A stretch of 64,000 nucleotides of DNA from an uncultured Nitrososphaerota archaeon (GCA_964518475.1 CAZFGR010000008.1:11228-75227); one strand, 5' to 3'. Shown: positions 41,763 to 52,508, counted from the first letter of the stretch. Notes: a model not told the origin generated them from the letters alone. Program-made: numbers and translations.

Positions 41763-44378
41763 TTAAGAGTTGTTGGCTCTACTCCTTAGTCGGAGGGCGA
41801 TTGTCTCTATTCTCCAAGGCTTTATTTCTAATCTAATACTGTCTTCTGAGGAAGTTATTCTTCTTATTCTTTCCTCTTTTAGATTAGTTATCCAGGCCTC
41901 TTCTATCGGGAAATAGGATTTTATTACTGCTTCTTTAGTAGTATTTGATCGGTTAAATAGCCTTAGTATTACATAGTTACCGTCTTCGCTCATCTTTAGA
42001 GCTGAGACATAAACTGTGTTAGGGGAAATTTCGAAGAAACTATTCTTGGGCGGTAATGAGCCTTTTTTCTCAGCAAATACTCCCACGAGTGGCTGTGTAA
42101 AATTCTTCGCTTCTTTGACCCCCTCATCTAGATCGATTATCGGAATTATTGAGTACTCTACCTCTATCTTACCGATGCATTGGGCTTCGGGCACCGGTAG
42201 TGGTGGTCCAGCATGACCCTTACGGCTCCTTAAATTATCCTTAGATAGACTACCCACGCTCCTTAACAAGGTTATGTAGAGGAGTACCTTATTTCCATTC
42301 TTCTTGACGGAGTACTCATGTAACCCTCTAGTAGCGATTAATATTCCTCCTTCATCATCAAAGACCGCGACATAATCCTGCATTGGGTGAACTTTAGGAG
42401 ATTGCTCTATCCAATCACTTTCCTCTGGTTCCTCGATTTTTCTGTAATAATCATAGAAATGGACTTCAGACAATGCTTTATCGCTTCTAGTATCTATTGG
42501 GAATAATGCCCTCATTCTATGGTCGCGAGCTGTGTTAGTGATTACGATTCTCGTATCTATCCGCGGGATATCTTTGTAGAACGTATAGTATACCTCTACT
42601 TTCACGGGTACTTTCTCGGAACTCCTTTCTCGATTAATGGCTTTTTCAGGAATCATCATCACGTACTCGGCTTTAATTATCGCATATTCGGGATTCTTCT
42701 CTATAAGCTCGATGCTTGCTTTCGCATCTAAACTCGATACATCCTCTCCCTCATCTGGTCTATCATAGTTATAAACGTCGCCCACGTCTCCCTCATCAAC
42801 GATAATATTTAGTCCTGAGTACACTCTTCCATTTCTTTTATCCTTTATTACTAATGAAGCACCGTGCTCCATGTCAATGAAGACTTCGAAAAATCTCGTC
42901 TCAACTCTGGATTCTTGAATCCTTAATCCATTGTTTATGGATGGTTTATCTCTCGTGATTCCGTATACTTTGTATCCCATAGGGGGTATATCCCGTGCAA
43001 TAAACGTTACCTCTTTAAACTCTCCCTCTGGTAGCTCTCTTGTATTAACAGGTACTACTGAACTATCAGGATCTACTACCGCGTCTACATCAACGAAACC
43101 TGGGACAATTACTTTAACTGGTCCCGTGACGTTCCAGTTATTGGGGTTAAACACCAGTATTTTCGGCCCTTCCTTGTTTGTGAGATTTCCTAAATAATAA
43201 AGCTCTTGAAGCATCATGTTACTTGCGGCGGCGATGACTTCTTGGAACCTAGCAACGTTCTCTCTGTGTACTTCATCCACACTAGTGCCACAAATACTAT
43301 CATGTGCGTGATTCAGAAGAAGCTTAATCCATAAAGTTCTGATTAGGGGTTGGGGATACTCGTAACCTAGCTGAGAAACTATAACGGAGACCGGCTCGAG
43401 ATACTTCTCCAACAATTTCTGAGCCTTGAAGTTTAGTTGTTTAAGATAGATTCTTGTGGAGAGAACATCCGCTAGAATTGGTCTATATTTGCATTTCCGA
43501 AGTTCTCCTCTATAGACTGGGAGATCCGGTATAGCCTTTATATGATCAAAGAACTCTTCTAATCCACCAACTATTATATCAATCTTGAGAGTCTCCTTTA
43601 TCTTCTTGAGGTACTTCATTAGTTTTATCTGAGCTGGTAAGTGGTCACATCCATTCATGATAAGGTAATAATCTCCTCTCCCACATTCACGCTCTCTCTT
43701 AATTATTTGGGTGATTCCCTCAATAATCTTACCAAGATCCGGCTCTGGCTCCTCGAAATAGTAGGTATAATAAATCGTTTTCCGAGAATAAGGATTCGTG
43801 AACACTCTCATGAATCGTCTATACGGTTCCTCAATCCCTAGGAAATGACCATTGCAGTAACCATCTCTCATGAAGTAAGAGAAAACCCTAGAACCATCAG
43901 GCGCTTCCCATATAAACTGGCAAGGGACCTCATCATCCATGCCTCTGGAAAAAAGAAACGTATCTATTCCAAAACCTCTAAGAATCTGGGGTAATTGTGG
44001 AGTGTGGCCGAACGCATCTGGTAGGTATCCAATCCTAAATACGCCACCGAATTCCTCAGCTATCCTAATCCCTAGCAACAAATTTCTTATGAGAGATTCC
44101 CCAGATACTAAGAATTCATCGGGTTGTGTGAACCAAGGGCCTATGCTTAGTTTTTTCTCTTTCACGAGTCTCTCTACTCTTCCTCTCATCCAAGGTCTCA
44201 GCTCTAGATAATCTAGTAAGGCGGATACTTGACCATCAAGCAAGAAATAATCTATGTCGCCTCTTTCTAATCCCTCAATGACCTTATCTAATACTCTAAC
44301 AAGATATAGCCTGTATTCATTAAACGTTAGGTACCATTCCCGATCCCAGTGAGTATGGGGAATTATGAAGACTCTCAT
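41763..44378 (-). CDS. Glycoside hydrolase family 38 alpha-mannosidase
   Basis: HTHWDREWY, LLDGQ, PDAFGH, NGCDH, HAHDSICG. Confidence 0.92.
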   Translation of the reverse strand: MRVFIIPHTHWDREWYLTFNEYRLYLVRVLDKVIEGLERGDIDYFLLDGQVSALLDYLELRPWMRGRVERLVKEKKLSIGPWFTQPDEFLVSGESLIRNLLLGIRIAEEFGGVFRIGYLPDAFGHTPQLPQILRGFGIDTFLFSRGMDDEVPCQFIWEAPDGSRVFSYFMRDGYCNGHFLGIEEPYRRFMRVFTNPYSRKTIYYTYYFEEPEPDLGKIIEGITQIIKRERECGRGDYYLIMNGCDHLPAQIKLMKYLKKIKETLKIDIIVGGLEEFFDHIKAIPDLPVYRGELRKCKYRPILADVLSTRIYLKQLNFKAQKLLEKYLEPVSVIVSQLGYEYPQPLIRTLWIKLLLNHAHDSICGTSVDEVHRENVARFQEVIAAASNMMLQELYYLGNLTNKEGPKILVFNPNNWNVTGPVKVIVPGFVDVDAVVDPDSSVVPVNTRELPEGEFKEVTFIARDIPPMGYKVYGITRDKPSINNGLRIQESRVETRFFEVFIDMEHGASLVIKDKRNGRVYSGLNIIVDEGDVGDVYNYDRPDEGEDVSSLDAKASIELIEKNPEYAIIKAEYVMMIPEKAINRERSSEKVPVKVEVYYTFYKDIPRIDTRIVITNTARDHRMRALFPIDTRSDKALSEVHFYDYYRKIEEPEESDWIEQSPKVHPMQDYVAVFDDEGGILIATRGLHEYSVKKNGNKVLLYITLLRSVGSLSKDNLRSRKGHAGPPLPVPEAQCIGKIEVEYSIIPIIDLDEGVKEAKNFTQPLVGVFAEKKGSLPPKNSFFEISPNTVYVSALKMSEDGNYVILRLFNRSNTTKEAVIKSYFPIEEAWITNLKEERIRRITSSEDSIRLEIKPWRIETIALRLRSRANNS

Positions 44379-44479
44379 TTACTAATCCCCGAATCAGATA
44401 ACTCAAGAAACAGCCAGTAAGTTTTAGTGATTATAAACCATACCTATTAACGCGGATAATCCCTAGCATCACTACAGCT

Positions 44480-45286
44480 TTATTTGCTAATACTTTTTGC
44501 CGCATTAACAAGTTTTTTGACCTTATCCTTCACTACTGGGCTGAGAATCCCTTTCTCTTTAAAATAAGTGCCTACTATAGCGCCATCAGCATAGCGGAGA
44601 AGTTTCGTGTTCTCTGGTGTTAAACCGCTACCTATTAGAACAGGACCCTTCCCAAGCTCTTTTACCTTGCGTAGATCCTCCATAGATGGTGGCTCCCCTG
44701 TTCTCGACCCAGTTATAACTACTGCAGTAGCTAGGCCTCTTTCAAAAGCATCCATAGCCGTATCTTCGAGTGATCTCTCAACTAAAGGTCTTGCATGTTT
44801 TACATGAATATCGGCGAGAATCCCTATCTCCGCCCCTAAGATTCGTGCGTTCCTAAGAACTCTTGGTGCGCAAGGTTCTATGATCCCACTATCAGTTACT
44901 ATTGTTTCTACATACGCGTTTGCCCTGATAAACTTTCCTCCAGTAACATAAGCTATCGCTAATGCTTCCTCTGCACTATTCCTTAAAACATTCACTCCTA
45001 CGGGAACACTTAATTCCCTAACCACTTCTTTAACGATTATCGCCATAGCCGCTACTGTCTCGGGGGATCGAATTCTCTTGAGAAATGGTCTGTCTCCAAA
45101 ATTCTCTACAATTACCCCGTCTACTCCTCCATCTTCAAGAGCTTGTGCATCTCGTAAGGCACTTTCAATAATATCTTCAAAGTTTCCTTCATATAAGGGC
45201 GCACCCGGTAGAGGTTTTAAATGGACTACTCCTATTATTATTGGGCGGTTTTCTCCAAAGATCTCATCTAGAGAAAGAATCCTCAC
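44480..45286 (-). CDS. BtpA/SgcQ family TIM-barrel protein
   Basis: GVVHLKPLPG, ENFGDRPF, GVNVLRN, DIHVKH, IVGTYFK. Confidence 0.9.
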   Translation of the reverse strand: MRILSLDEIFGENRPIIIGVVHLKPLPGAPLYEGNFEDIIESALRDAQALEDGGVDGVIVENFGDRPFLKRIRSPETVAAMAIIVKEVVRELSVPVGVNVLRNSAEEALAIAYVTGGKFIRANAYVETIVTDSGIIEPCAPRVLRNARILGAEIGILADIHVKHARPLVERSLEDTAMDAFERGLATAVVITGSRTGEPPSMEDLRKVKELGKGPVLIGSGLTPENTKLLRYADGAIVGTYFKEKGILSPVVKDKVKKLVNAAKSISK

Positions 45287-45374
45287 TCATAATCCCTCAG
45301 TAAAAATTTTAGTCTATGTAAAAGTATTAATTAAAAGCGTTGTAATGCCTTTTTGGTTATAGAGGTTAGGGATA

Positions 45375-46499
45375 ATGACTATAAATATAGCTCTTATAGG
45401 CTTTGGGGATGTAGGATCAAGAAAATTTGTTCCCGCATTAAAAGAGTACGCATCATTAGCACTCAAGAAAAACTATCCCTTGTTAAAGAAGAACCGAGAG
45501 ATCACTCTATACATTGTTGAAATTGATGAGGAAAAGCGTAGATCTGCCGAAGACCTTTCCAGGGAATGCAAAGAAAAGAATCTCTCATTAAAGATTGTTT
45601 TTCTTAACCCTAGGGTGCAAAAAGATAAACAAGTGTTGCATGAATTATTGCAGGAGGAGAGTTTCACCCTTACCTATATCGCGTCTCCTAACAAAACCCA
45701 TGCAAAGTATATCACGGAATTCCTGAATGCCTCCGAGAGGATAATTGTAGAGAAGCCATTATCGGACACTACTGATGATTTGAGGAATCTTTTAGATACT
45801 GACGCACCATCAAAGGTCAGAATGATGGATCATTACTTATACAAGGATGCTATTAAGCAGTTTCTAGAGTTTTATTCTACATACTTGCCAATAAATGATC
45901 TCCGAGAAATAGAGTTCTATCTCCTAGAAAAGGGCCCAATTTCCTTATCAAGATCATGGCTCTACGAGAGTGGAGTTATTAGGGACTTACTCCCACACTT
46001 CCTCTCGCTACTCTTCAAACTATTCGAGAAAGGTGTAAAAATCTTCGACCCAGAAAAAATCGAGATAAAAAACGTCTTTAAGGCAATATACCAGAGAAAC
46101 GCTATTCCACCACACATTAAAGAGGTCAAGGAAACGTTCGCTTCAATAGAGTTGCTAATGAATAATATTCCAGTAAAAGCAGTGGTTGGTAAAGGAGTAC
46201 CAAGTGACAAGAAGCAATTCGTTTTTCGAGGAGAAGAAGTAACAGTCGTCATCAATACTATAGAGAACTCTATCAGATCTATACGGAAAGGAAAGGTGGA
46301 GATGATGTATCACAGATATGTCAAGAAGGGTCACGAGTACGTATACTTGATGGATGATATATTCAACATGCGATGGGATGAGATAGGTCTAAGCTTCTAT
46401 TCAGCATATAAGGAAGTCGAGATTATGGAAAAAATGGATGCTTACCCAATCGTTCGAGAGTATAAACTCGGGACCGCTCCGATACCTATCGAGTTCTAA
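45375..46499 (+). CDS. Gfo/Idh/MocA-fold NAD(P) oxidoreductase with glucose-6-phosphate dehydrogenase-like motifs
   Basis: IGFGDVG, VEKPL, RMMDHYLYK, GVIRDLLPH, ETFA. Confidence 0.7.
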   Translation: MTINIALIGFGDVGSRKFVPALKEYASLALKKNYPLLKKNREITLYIVEIDEEKRRSAEDLSRECKEKNLSLKIVFLNPRVQKDKQVLHELLQEESFTLTYIASPNKTHAKYITEFLNASERIIVEKPLSDTTDDLRNLLDTDAPSKVRMMDHYLYKDAIKQFLEFYSTYLPINDLREIEFYLLEKGPISLSRSWLYESGVIRDLLPHFLSLLFKLFEKGVKIFDPEKIEIKNVFKAIYQRNAIPPHIKEVKETFASIELLMNNIPVKAVVGKGVPSDKKQFVFRGEEVTVVINTIENSIRSIRKGKVEMMYHRYVKKGHEYVYLMDDIFNMRWDEIGLSFYSAYKEVEIMEKMDAYPIVREYKLGTAPIPIEF

Positions 46500-46524
46500 A
46501 TTCGCTATGAACCTCCTTGAATAA

Positions 46525-47092
46525 TTATAAATCCTTCTTTTTCAAGCCTCTTTGTAATCCCTCTAAGCCAGTACAAAGAGGGAACTTATTAAACTCGGGA
46601 CAACTACTACATGTCTTATATATAGAGTATAGCCTAATACCAGAAATCGCACCATTGAACGATCCGAATAGGATAATAAAAAGCGCTACTTTATCAAGCG
46701 ATGAGACGAGGAGATAAAATACGCTTAACAAAACGATGCTAGCGAAAAAAACCGAGGAAAATCTTGGAGATTATCTTCAGAGTTTTATTTCTTCTCCAGA
46801 CACCATAATAAAAGACTTGAACAATAAGAGTGATTATCAGAAGTTGGAGAATATGTTTTCCAAAAACTTCCCAGAGATCGAATATAACACCGACTACAAG
46901 AGTGATTAACGCGGGAATATATCCAAATGTGCAACCAATACAGAGTTTAGTGCCACGAATAACAATGTAGTCATTGATGTAATTGGAGCATTCGGGGTGA
47001 TAAGAAAGAATAAAAGGTTTAGCGGATGAAAAGAATACGAAAGGCCTCCTAAGTATGCACTTGAAACATATCCTTATTGTTTTGTTCTCCAA
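46525..47092 (-). CDS. Cys/His-rich membrane protein (DUF2085-like), frameshifted at a T7 run (46745-46751)
   Basis: HPEC..LCIGC, four TMs and C-terminal CSSCPEF..C. Changing T7 to T6 joins the two ORFs (GFFASIVLL). Confidence 0.6.
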
Positions 47093-47132
47093 GAAATCAC
47101 CATAAAAAGGAAAAATGTGTAAGAAAGATCCC

Positions 47133-47495
47133 CTAATATCCAGGTGGGGCGACAGCGTACGTTGGGATTATCCATATGAAGTATAGTGTTCCGATGATTA
47201 TTGCTGGAATGATTATGGATATCAACCAAGCTAGAATAGCTTTGCCCCAAGAGTCCGTGTGGCGTATTTTAATTATATACCAAGCAATTATACAGCCGAT
47301 TATTGGGATAAATGATTCAACAAGAGACGCCAGTAAAGCTGTAATCATTACACTACCAAAACCTAGCTTTTCTTCCGGAGTGCCTGCTAATTTAAGCCCC
47401 AACAATAGGAAGATAGAACCAATGATCCAACCAATTATGAAAGAAATACCCATCAGCATTATGAGCGCTGCCATAGGAAGGGCCGGAAATTGCAT
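47133..47495 (-). CDS. Small multi-TM membrane protein
   Basis: Three to four TM helices; SWGKAILAWLI. Confidence 0.65.
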   Translation of the reverse strand: MQFPALPMAALIMLMGISFIIGWIIGSIFLLLGLKLAGTPEEKLGFGSVMITALLASLVESFIPIIGCIIAWYIIKIRHTDSWGKAILAWLISIIIPAIIIGTLYFIWIIPTYAVAPPGY

Positions 47496-47675
47496 TATTT
47501 ACACCTTGTTATAGTAGAATTTATAGATGTGCAGAATAATAGAGAAATTTCTGTTTTAAAAATTTTCCTATTAAGGAACAACTCTCAAAATAAGAAGTGC
47601 AAAAATTGATCTTTTTTTTAAAAAAAGAAGGAATAAAAAGAGTATGTGAGTAAAACTATTCATAACTTTTCTAGC

Positions 47676-50600
47676 TTATTTCTTCCTAGCGTGCTTCAGA
47701 GCTATGAGAATTACTATTCCTGCTCCAACGATACCTATTACAATAGCTATAACCGTGGATATCGTGATTGGAGGTCGAGGCGGTGGATTTTGAGAACCAG
47801 GCGGTGGTTGTTGAGGTACTACCTCTACTGTTAAGGAGATACTAGCTATGTTCTCTAAGCTATCTGTTGCTTTGATAGATATTATATGAGTACCTATCTC
47901 CAAGTTATCAAGGGAAATATTTACTATTTGTCTTTCCGCTGGTGTCGTATTCTCATAGATAAGTGTTTCGTTTCTGAAAACTGTTATTTCTGATAGGTGG
48001 GGATCCTCGACTACGGATTCCAGGTAATTTCCTGTTGTTCCATTGATTATCTCTGTTGGGTACGATAGAGGTGTTATGCTGGGGGCTATCTGATCTCCTG
48101 TGGAGTTTATGAATACGGAATACACTGAGCTATCCCTTATTTCTCCTATGGATTCTCCAAGGAAGGCAAGGGATGTGTTTACCTCATGCACTATTGCGTC
48201 CTCTAGCGAGAATAAGTATGTATATTCTCCACTTAACAATCCAGAATCCATGTATAGTTCGTCTCCAGTATAGGCCAGAGTCTCTGTCGAGTTTATTTCG
48301 GTAGCACTAATCGTTATCGTTCCAAAATCTGTCTGTGCGACTGTAGAGTGGTGGAGGTAATAGATATTCAAGGTATCTATTAAGCAATTCTGAATACTAG
48401 CGGAGATATCCATTCCTAGGAATAGTTCAGTTATATTCGTGTCTATGAGTAAGAGTGAGGAATATTCATTCACAGTCATATACTCTACCTTTGAGTCTTG
48501 GACAACAAGATCCGATGAGCCACTAGTCGTCATATCCATAATTTGAGAAGTATAGATGTAGGATTCCGTGGACTCTATCCACATCCACTTAATCTGACTT
48601 CCCCGTATTTCCGCAAAGCAACTGCTACCATAACTAGCAAAACTTGCTATGTTTGATTTATCTAGATTAGCGTAAGCAGCTCCGTAAAGGTCTAGAGATT
48701 CTATTGTTGTGCTGTCTCCAGTCAATGCTGAAGTGTAATAAGCTACTACACTCCCTATGCTTGAATCGTAGATTTCTAGATCGCCTGAGTAGAGGTATAG
48801 AGAATATATTCCGAGAGAACTCATGCTTGTGTTTACTATTACTAGCCTAGAACTGTTATATAACTCGATTGCATTGCTAATAACTCCACCAACTAGTACA
48901 TTATCGCTGTATTCTACAGGAATCTCTAGTACTCCATCTATCGTGTTTTCTGTGATATTAACGTCTGAGGATACGTAACGGTTGTACTGGATATTATTGA
49001 CTACTTGGCTATCATTTATTTGCGCCCGTGCTAGTGTGTCTACGGTTATTTTATCTATCGATGAGTTATATATCCAAGCTATTGATGAGTTTCTAAGTGT
49101 AATTATTCCCCCACTACCATCAAATGCTGTTCCGCATTTTTCAATCAGGATCGTACTGTTATATGCTGTTAGATACCCTACCAGATACGGTTCTCCCCAG
49201 AACCATGAAGCGGAGTAAACGTCAGAGTTTCTCATCTCAAGATCGCTGGAATATATAGTAATCGATGATAAGATTTGAGTACTGTTGATTGTTAAGCTTG
49301 AATCGTAGGCTGTAATACTGTCTATAATTGACCCAGTTATTTCAACCTCTGAGTCATGTAGATTCATCGCAATATCATTTATATCGGAATTTACAATGGT
49401 CAGTCTCGAGTTTTCAAGTATCCACGAGTTAGTTAGGTAACCCCATAAGACAGTATTGTTCACCGTGACCGTTGAGGAAATCACATGTAACCATCCATTT
49501 GACATATCGACATTATCCAAATAAGCTATTGTGTTCCCTATAAGGAATTCTCCTTCAAAAGCTACTGAGAATACTGAGGAATCAGAGAATGTTGTTCCAG
49601 GAATATCTAAACTATCAATACCACTAACCAATTCCCCACTATGTATAATTACTTCTTTAACGGCTCTAGCATAAGTAGTTCGCAGATTTGTTATATTCGT
49701 GGATATAATTTCTAGCCCCTCGTTCTGCTCCACGTATAACTCATCAATTAATGAATCAAATATTCTGCCACTGCTATAATGCGCACCCAGCATCGTAATG
49801 TTGCTTGCAGTAATAGTTATAGAGGAATTGTAGATACTTAGATAATGGCTATTAAGTACTGCTACATCAGCGAGACACGCGTAAATATATACGCTATCAA
49901 ATGTTGTATCATTTAGAAGAATATTAGCGAATAGACCTCCTACCTGATAACCAATCGAGTTACTAACAATCATTGACATGTTATAGGCGGCGAGTGTTGT
50001 ACCCGTTAGATTCGATCCAAATACCTGGATATCGGGATTCGCAAAGGAGTCTTCGGCCAAAGGTAATATGGTCAGTCTCCCTCTTAGGCCAGATACCATA
50101 CTATCGATTAAGCTAGTATTATTTATCAAAAGATACGAGGCTCGGAGAGCTACTCCTATATTCGAGGAATTCTTTATTACTATTGTTGAGTCTATTGCTC
50201 CATATTTGTACAATCCAGTAGCACTACCGTTAACGTTTCTTATTTCGAGAGAACCGCTCTCAAGAACAATACCTGTTACATTTCTGATATTATAGGTTGT
50301 TGCAGAGTCCAGACTCACATAGTAGTTATTGCTAGGTGCTGGGCTTATCGTTGCCCCATTCACTATCACATCGAGCTCACGATAAAACCATGCATCTTCT
50401 AGATAATCTATGTGTGAGGATTTTACAGTAATGTTTGCGAAATCATTAATGATCAAGGATGATATGTTTGAATCCATTATTTGTACGGTTAAGTCGCTGT
50501 ATGGGAGAGGGTACTCATACCCAATTTCTAGAGCATTTCCGATGGTTACGTTGTCGAGTAGCACGGTTCCAAAACCAACCATATAAAGCTTGTCAAAAAT

Positions 50601-51350
50601 TACGTCTTGGAAAACACCGTTCTCCAGAATCTCAAAGGATCCACTCGAAAGATTTGTTCCGCGTACCTCAAGAATCCTTGCCCTTAAACCGAATATATCG
50701 GAGATATTTGCTACGTTATCAAGAACTACTTTATCAATCGCTCTTCCTTCTGAAATCTCATCTCCCTCTCCGTATGTCACTTCGAAAGAAACTGAGGAGG
50801 CCCATATATTCCGAAGCACTATGTACGTAGTGGCATTGCTCATAGCCCATATGGAGACTGTTTCCGCAGAGACTTTCTCGGCATGGAACCTTGCTGATGT
50901 TGATAATAAAGATCCTTGAAGCTCCATATTTGTAATATTGATCATTGTATTTTCTGTGCAAGAAAGCTCGAAAGCCGTGACGTTATTAAATGTTGCAGAT
51001 ACGTTATCCCAGACATCAATATATCCATCTACATGAACATTATTTAGGGATATTTTGGTGTTCCCACCAATTATTAAGTCCCCGACAATGGTCGTATTAG
51101 TTACTAGTACTCTTGCCGATCCATAAATCATTACATCGTGCATGATTTCTACATCTTGAATCACTATGTCGTAAATGAGAGAAGTACTAGAAGGTACTGA
51201 GTAATTACTTATCTCTGCCGCTTTAAGTTCTTCATTAAGGAGCGGTTTATCAGGCATTGTTGCGAGAGGAAGCATCGCTATGGTTAAGATAACCAGAACG
51301 GCTGCTAGTATTCTTATATTATTCTTCTTACTTACCAATGTTCGCACCAT
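47676..51350 (-). CDS. Large surface glycoprotein, probable parallel beta-helix with Ig-like domain, Pro-rich linker and C-terminal TM anchor
   Basis: 1224 aa; signal peptide; repetitive I/V-x-N/D-S pattern; many sequons; PQQPPPGSQNPPPRPP, then TM and KHARKK. Confidence 0.78.
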   Translation of the reverse strand: MVRTLVSKKNNIRILAAVLVILTIAMLPLATMPDKPLLNEELKAAEISNYSVPSSTSLIYDIVIQDVEIMHDVMIYGSARVLVTNTTIVGDLIIGGNTKISLNNVHVDGYIDVWDNVSATFNNVTAFELSCTENTMINITNMELQGSLLSTSARFHAEKVSAETVSIWAMSNATTYIVLRNIWASSVSFEVTYGEGDEISEGRAIDKVVLDNVANISDIFGLRARILEVRGTNLSSGSFEILENGVFQDVIFDKLYMVGFGTVLLDNVTIGNALEIGYEYPLPYSDLTVQIMDSNISSLIINDFANITVKSSHIDYLEDAWFYRELDVIVNGATISPAPSNNYYVSLDSATTYNIRNVTGIVLESGSLEIRNVNGSATGLYKYGAIDSTIVIKNSSNIGVALRASYLLINNTSLIDSMVSGLRGRLTILPLAEDSFANPDIQVFGSNLTGTTLAAYNMSMIVSNSIGYQVGGLFANILLNDTTFDSVYIYACLADVAVLNSHYLSIYNSSITITASNITMLGAHYSSGRIFDSLIDELYVEQNEGLEIISTNITNLRTTYARAVKEVIIHSGELVSGIDSLDIPGTTFSDSSVFSVAFEGEFLIGNTIAYLDNVDMSNGWLHVISSTVTVNNTVLWGYLTNSWILENSRLTIVNSDINDIAMNLHDSEVEITGSIIDSITAYDSSLTINSTQILSSITIYSSDLEMRNSDVYSASWFWGEPYLVGYLTAYNSTILIEKCGTAFDGSGGIITLRNSSIAWIYNSSIDKITVDTLARAQINDSQVVNNIQYNRYVSSDVNITENTIDGVLEIPVEYSDNVLVGGVISNAIELYNSSRLVIVNTSMSSLGIYSLYLYSGDLEIYDSSIGSVVAYYTSALTGDSTTIESLDLYGAAYANLDKSNIASFASYGSSCFAEIRGSQIKWMWIESTESYIYTSQIMDMTTSGSSDLVVQDSKVEYMTVNEYSSLLLIDTNITELFLGMDISASIQNCLIDTLNIYYLHHSTVAQTDFGTITISATEINSTETLAYTGDELYMDSGLLSGEYTYLFSLEDAIVHEVNTSLAFLGESIGEIRDSSVYSVFINSTGDQIAPSITPLSYPTEIINGTTGNYLESVVEDPHLSEITVFRNETLIYENTTPAERQIVNISLDNLEIGTHIISIKATDSLENIASISLTVEVVPQQPPPGSQNPPPRPPITISTVIAIVIGIVGAGIVILIALKHARKK

Positions 51351-51361
51351 GCATTTCTTAT

Positions 51362-51410
51362 CCCCGCCTCCACTCCTCTCCTAGAAAAAGAAGAATGGAG
51401 ATGCTTGGGG
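51362..51410 (-). promoter_or_regulatory. Putative 5' UTR RNA hairpin occluding the ribosome-binding region
   Basis: 15-bp stem 51400-51368 with four G-U pairs, plus outer CCCC/GGGG pairing; TTTATA at 51442-51437. Confidence 0.6.
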
Positions 51411-51489
51411 GCTGGATTAAAAAGAAAGAAAGAAACTATAAAAAACTTATGATAGTAAAGAGCTCTAAGAAATGATTATTTTTGGCTAT

Positions 51490-52080
51490 TTAGGATGTTT
51501 CTAGGAGTCTTTTTATTGCTAGGATAATCACCCATATGGATCCTGTCAGGGAGGATAAGAACTCTGGTATAGCTACCCCTATTACTCCGTAGTTTTTCCA
51601 TGGAAAGGTCCATATTATTAGACATGCGATGAAGACGAATATTCCGTAGATCCCTAGTAATATATCTTTTCTCCGAAGAATATTTGATCCGCTTATTATA
51701 CCCATGCCAATAGGGAACGTTACGAAGAAACCTACTGAGACATAGTAATGGATCCTCCCAGCGGTCTCTGGGAATAGTCCTATCAGGAATAAGAATACGG
51801 CACTTAGTAATAAGATGAATACTCCTATTTTTTCCACGATGGTCTCAAAATCCTTCATAATACCGATTAAAGAGATGAAAAACAGGATTCCAGAGATTAT
51901 TAAGCCGCTGTTAAATATTATATTGGCTCCATATCTGATCCCGAGGGGTCCTCCAAGATCACTTAAGGCGTTATGGATCCAAGAGAATTCGGGAGTTTTA
52001 GCGATGGCGATGAATATGAAGGTATAAGCTACAATGGGAGTAAGAATCGCGAAGTAGTAGAATATCTTCAAATTCTTCAT
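51490..52080 (-). CDS. DUF998 family membrane protein
   Basis: FSWIHNALSDLG, IFNSGLI, IGLFPE, IHYYVS, VAIPE. Confidence 0.85.
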   Translation of the reverse strand: MKNLKIFYYFAILTPIVAYTFIFIAIAKTPEFSWIHNALSDLGGPLGIRYGANIIFNSGLIISGILFFISLIGIMKDFETIVEKIGVFILLLSAVFLFLIGLFPETAGRIHYYVSVGFFVTFPIGMGIISGSNILRRKDILLGIYGIFVFIACLIIWTFPWKNYGVIGVAIPEFLSSLTGSIWVIILAIKRLLETS

Positions 52081-52212
52081 AGAACTCCCTCCTGTAAATG
52101 TTAAACATCTTTTTTAATATGCAATACCCAGAACTTGTTTATTTGATACCTTTTATTCATGATTATGTATATATCCATGAGTGTTTAGAAGTTACCCTTA
52201 ATAGATAGGATC

Positions 52213-52478
52213 ATGACTATTCGCGTCCCTAAAGAATAAAAAAGGAAGATGCGGGTGCTAAGTGGTAAGGTCAATTGGAATGCTGAGGTTTAAAAATTTT
52301 TAGAAAAAGGAGGTAAAGAAGTTGTGGCGAGAAAAAACTCTAGAAAAAATAGATGAGTTAATTAATCGATTACCAGAAACTCCTCGGGGCACCGCTAGTA
52401 AGTATGTGAGGGAGGATCGTGATAGTCATTGACACATCTGCGTTGGCTAAATATTTAGTGAGAGAAGAAAATGATTAG
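52213..52478 (+). pseudogene. Decayed vapBC toxin-antitoxin pair
   Basis: Antitoxin MTIRVPKE*KRKM..VNWNAEV*..ASKYVREDRDSH has internal stops; overlapping PIN stub (V)IVIDTSALAKYLVREEND*. Confidence 0.78.
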
Positions 52479-52508
52479 GTATAAAAACTCATTATGTTCC
52501 CCAGAATT

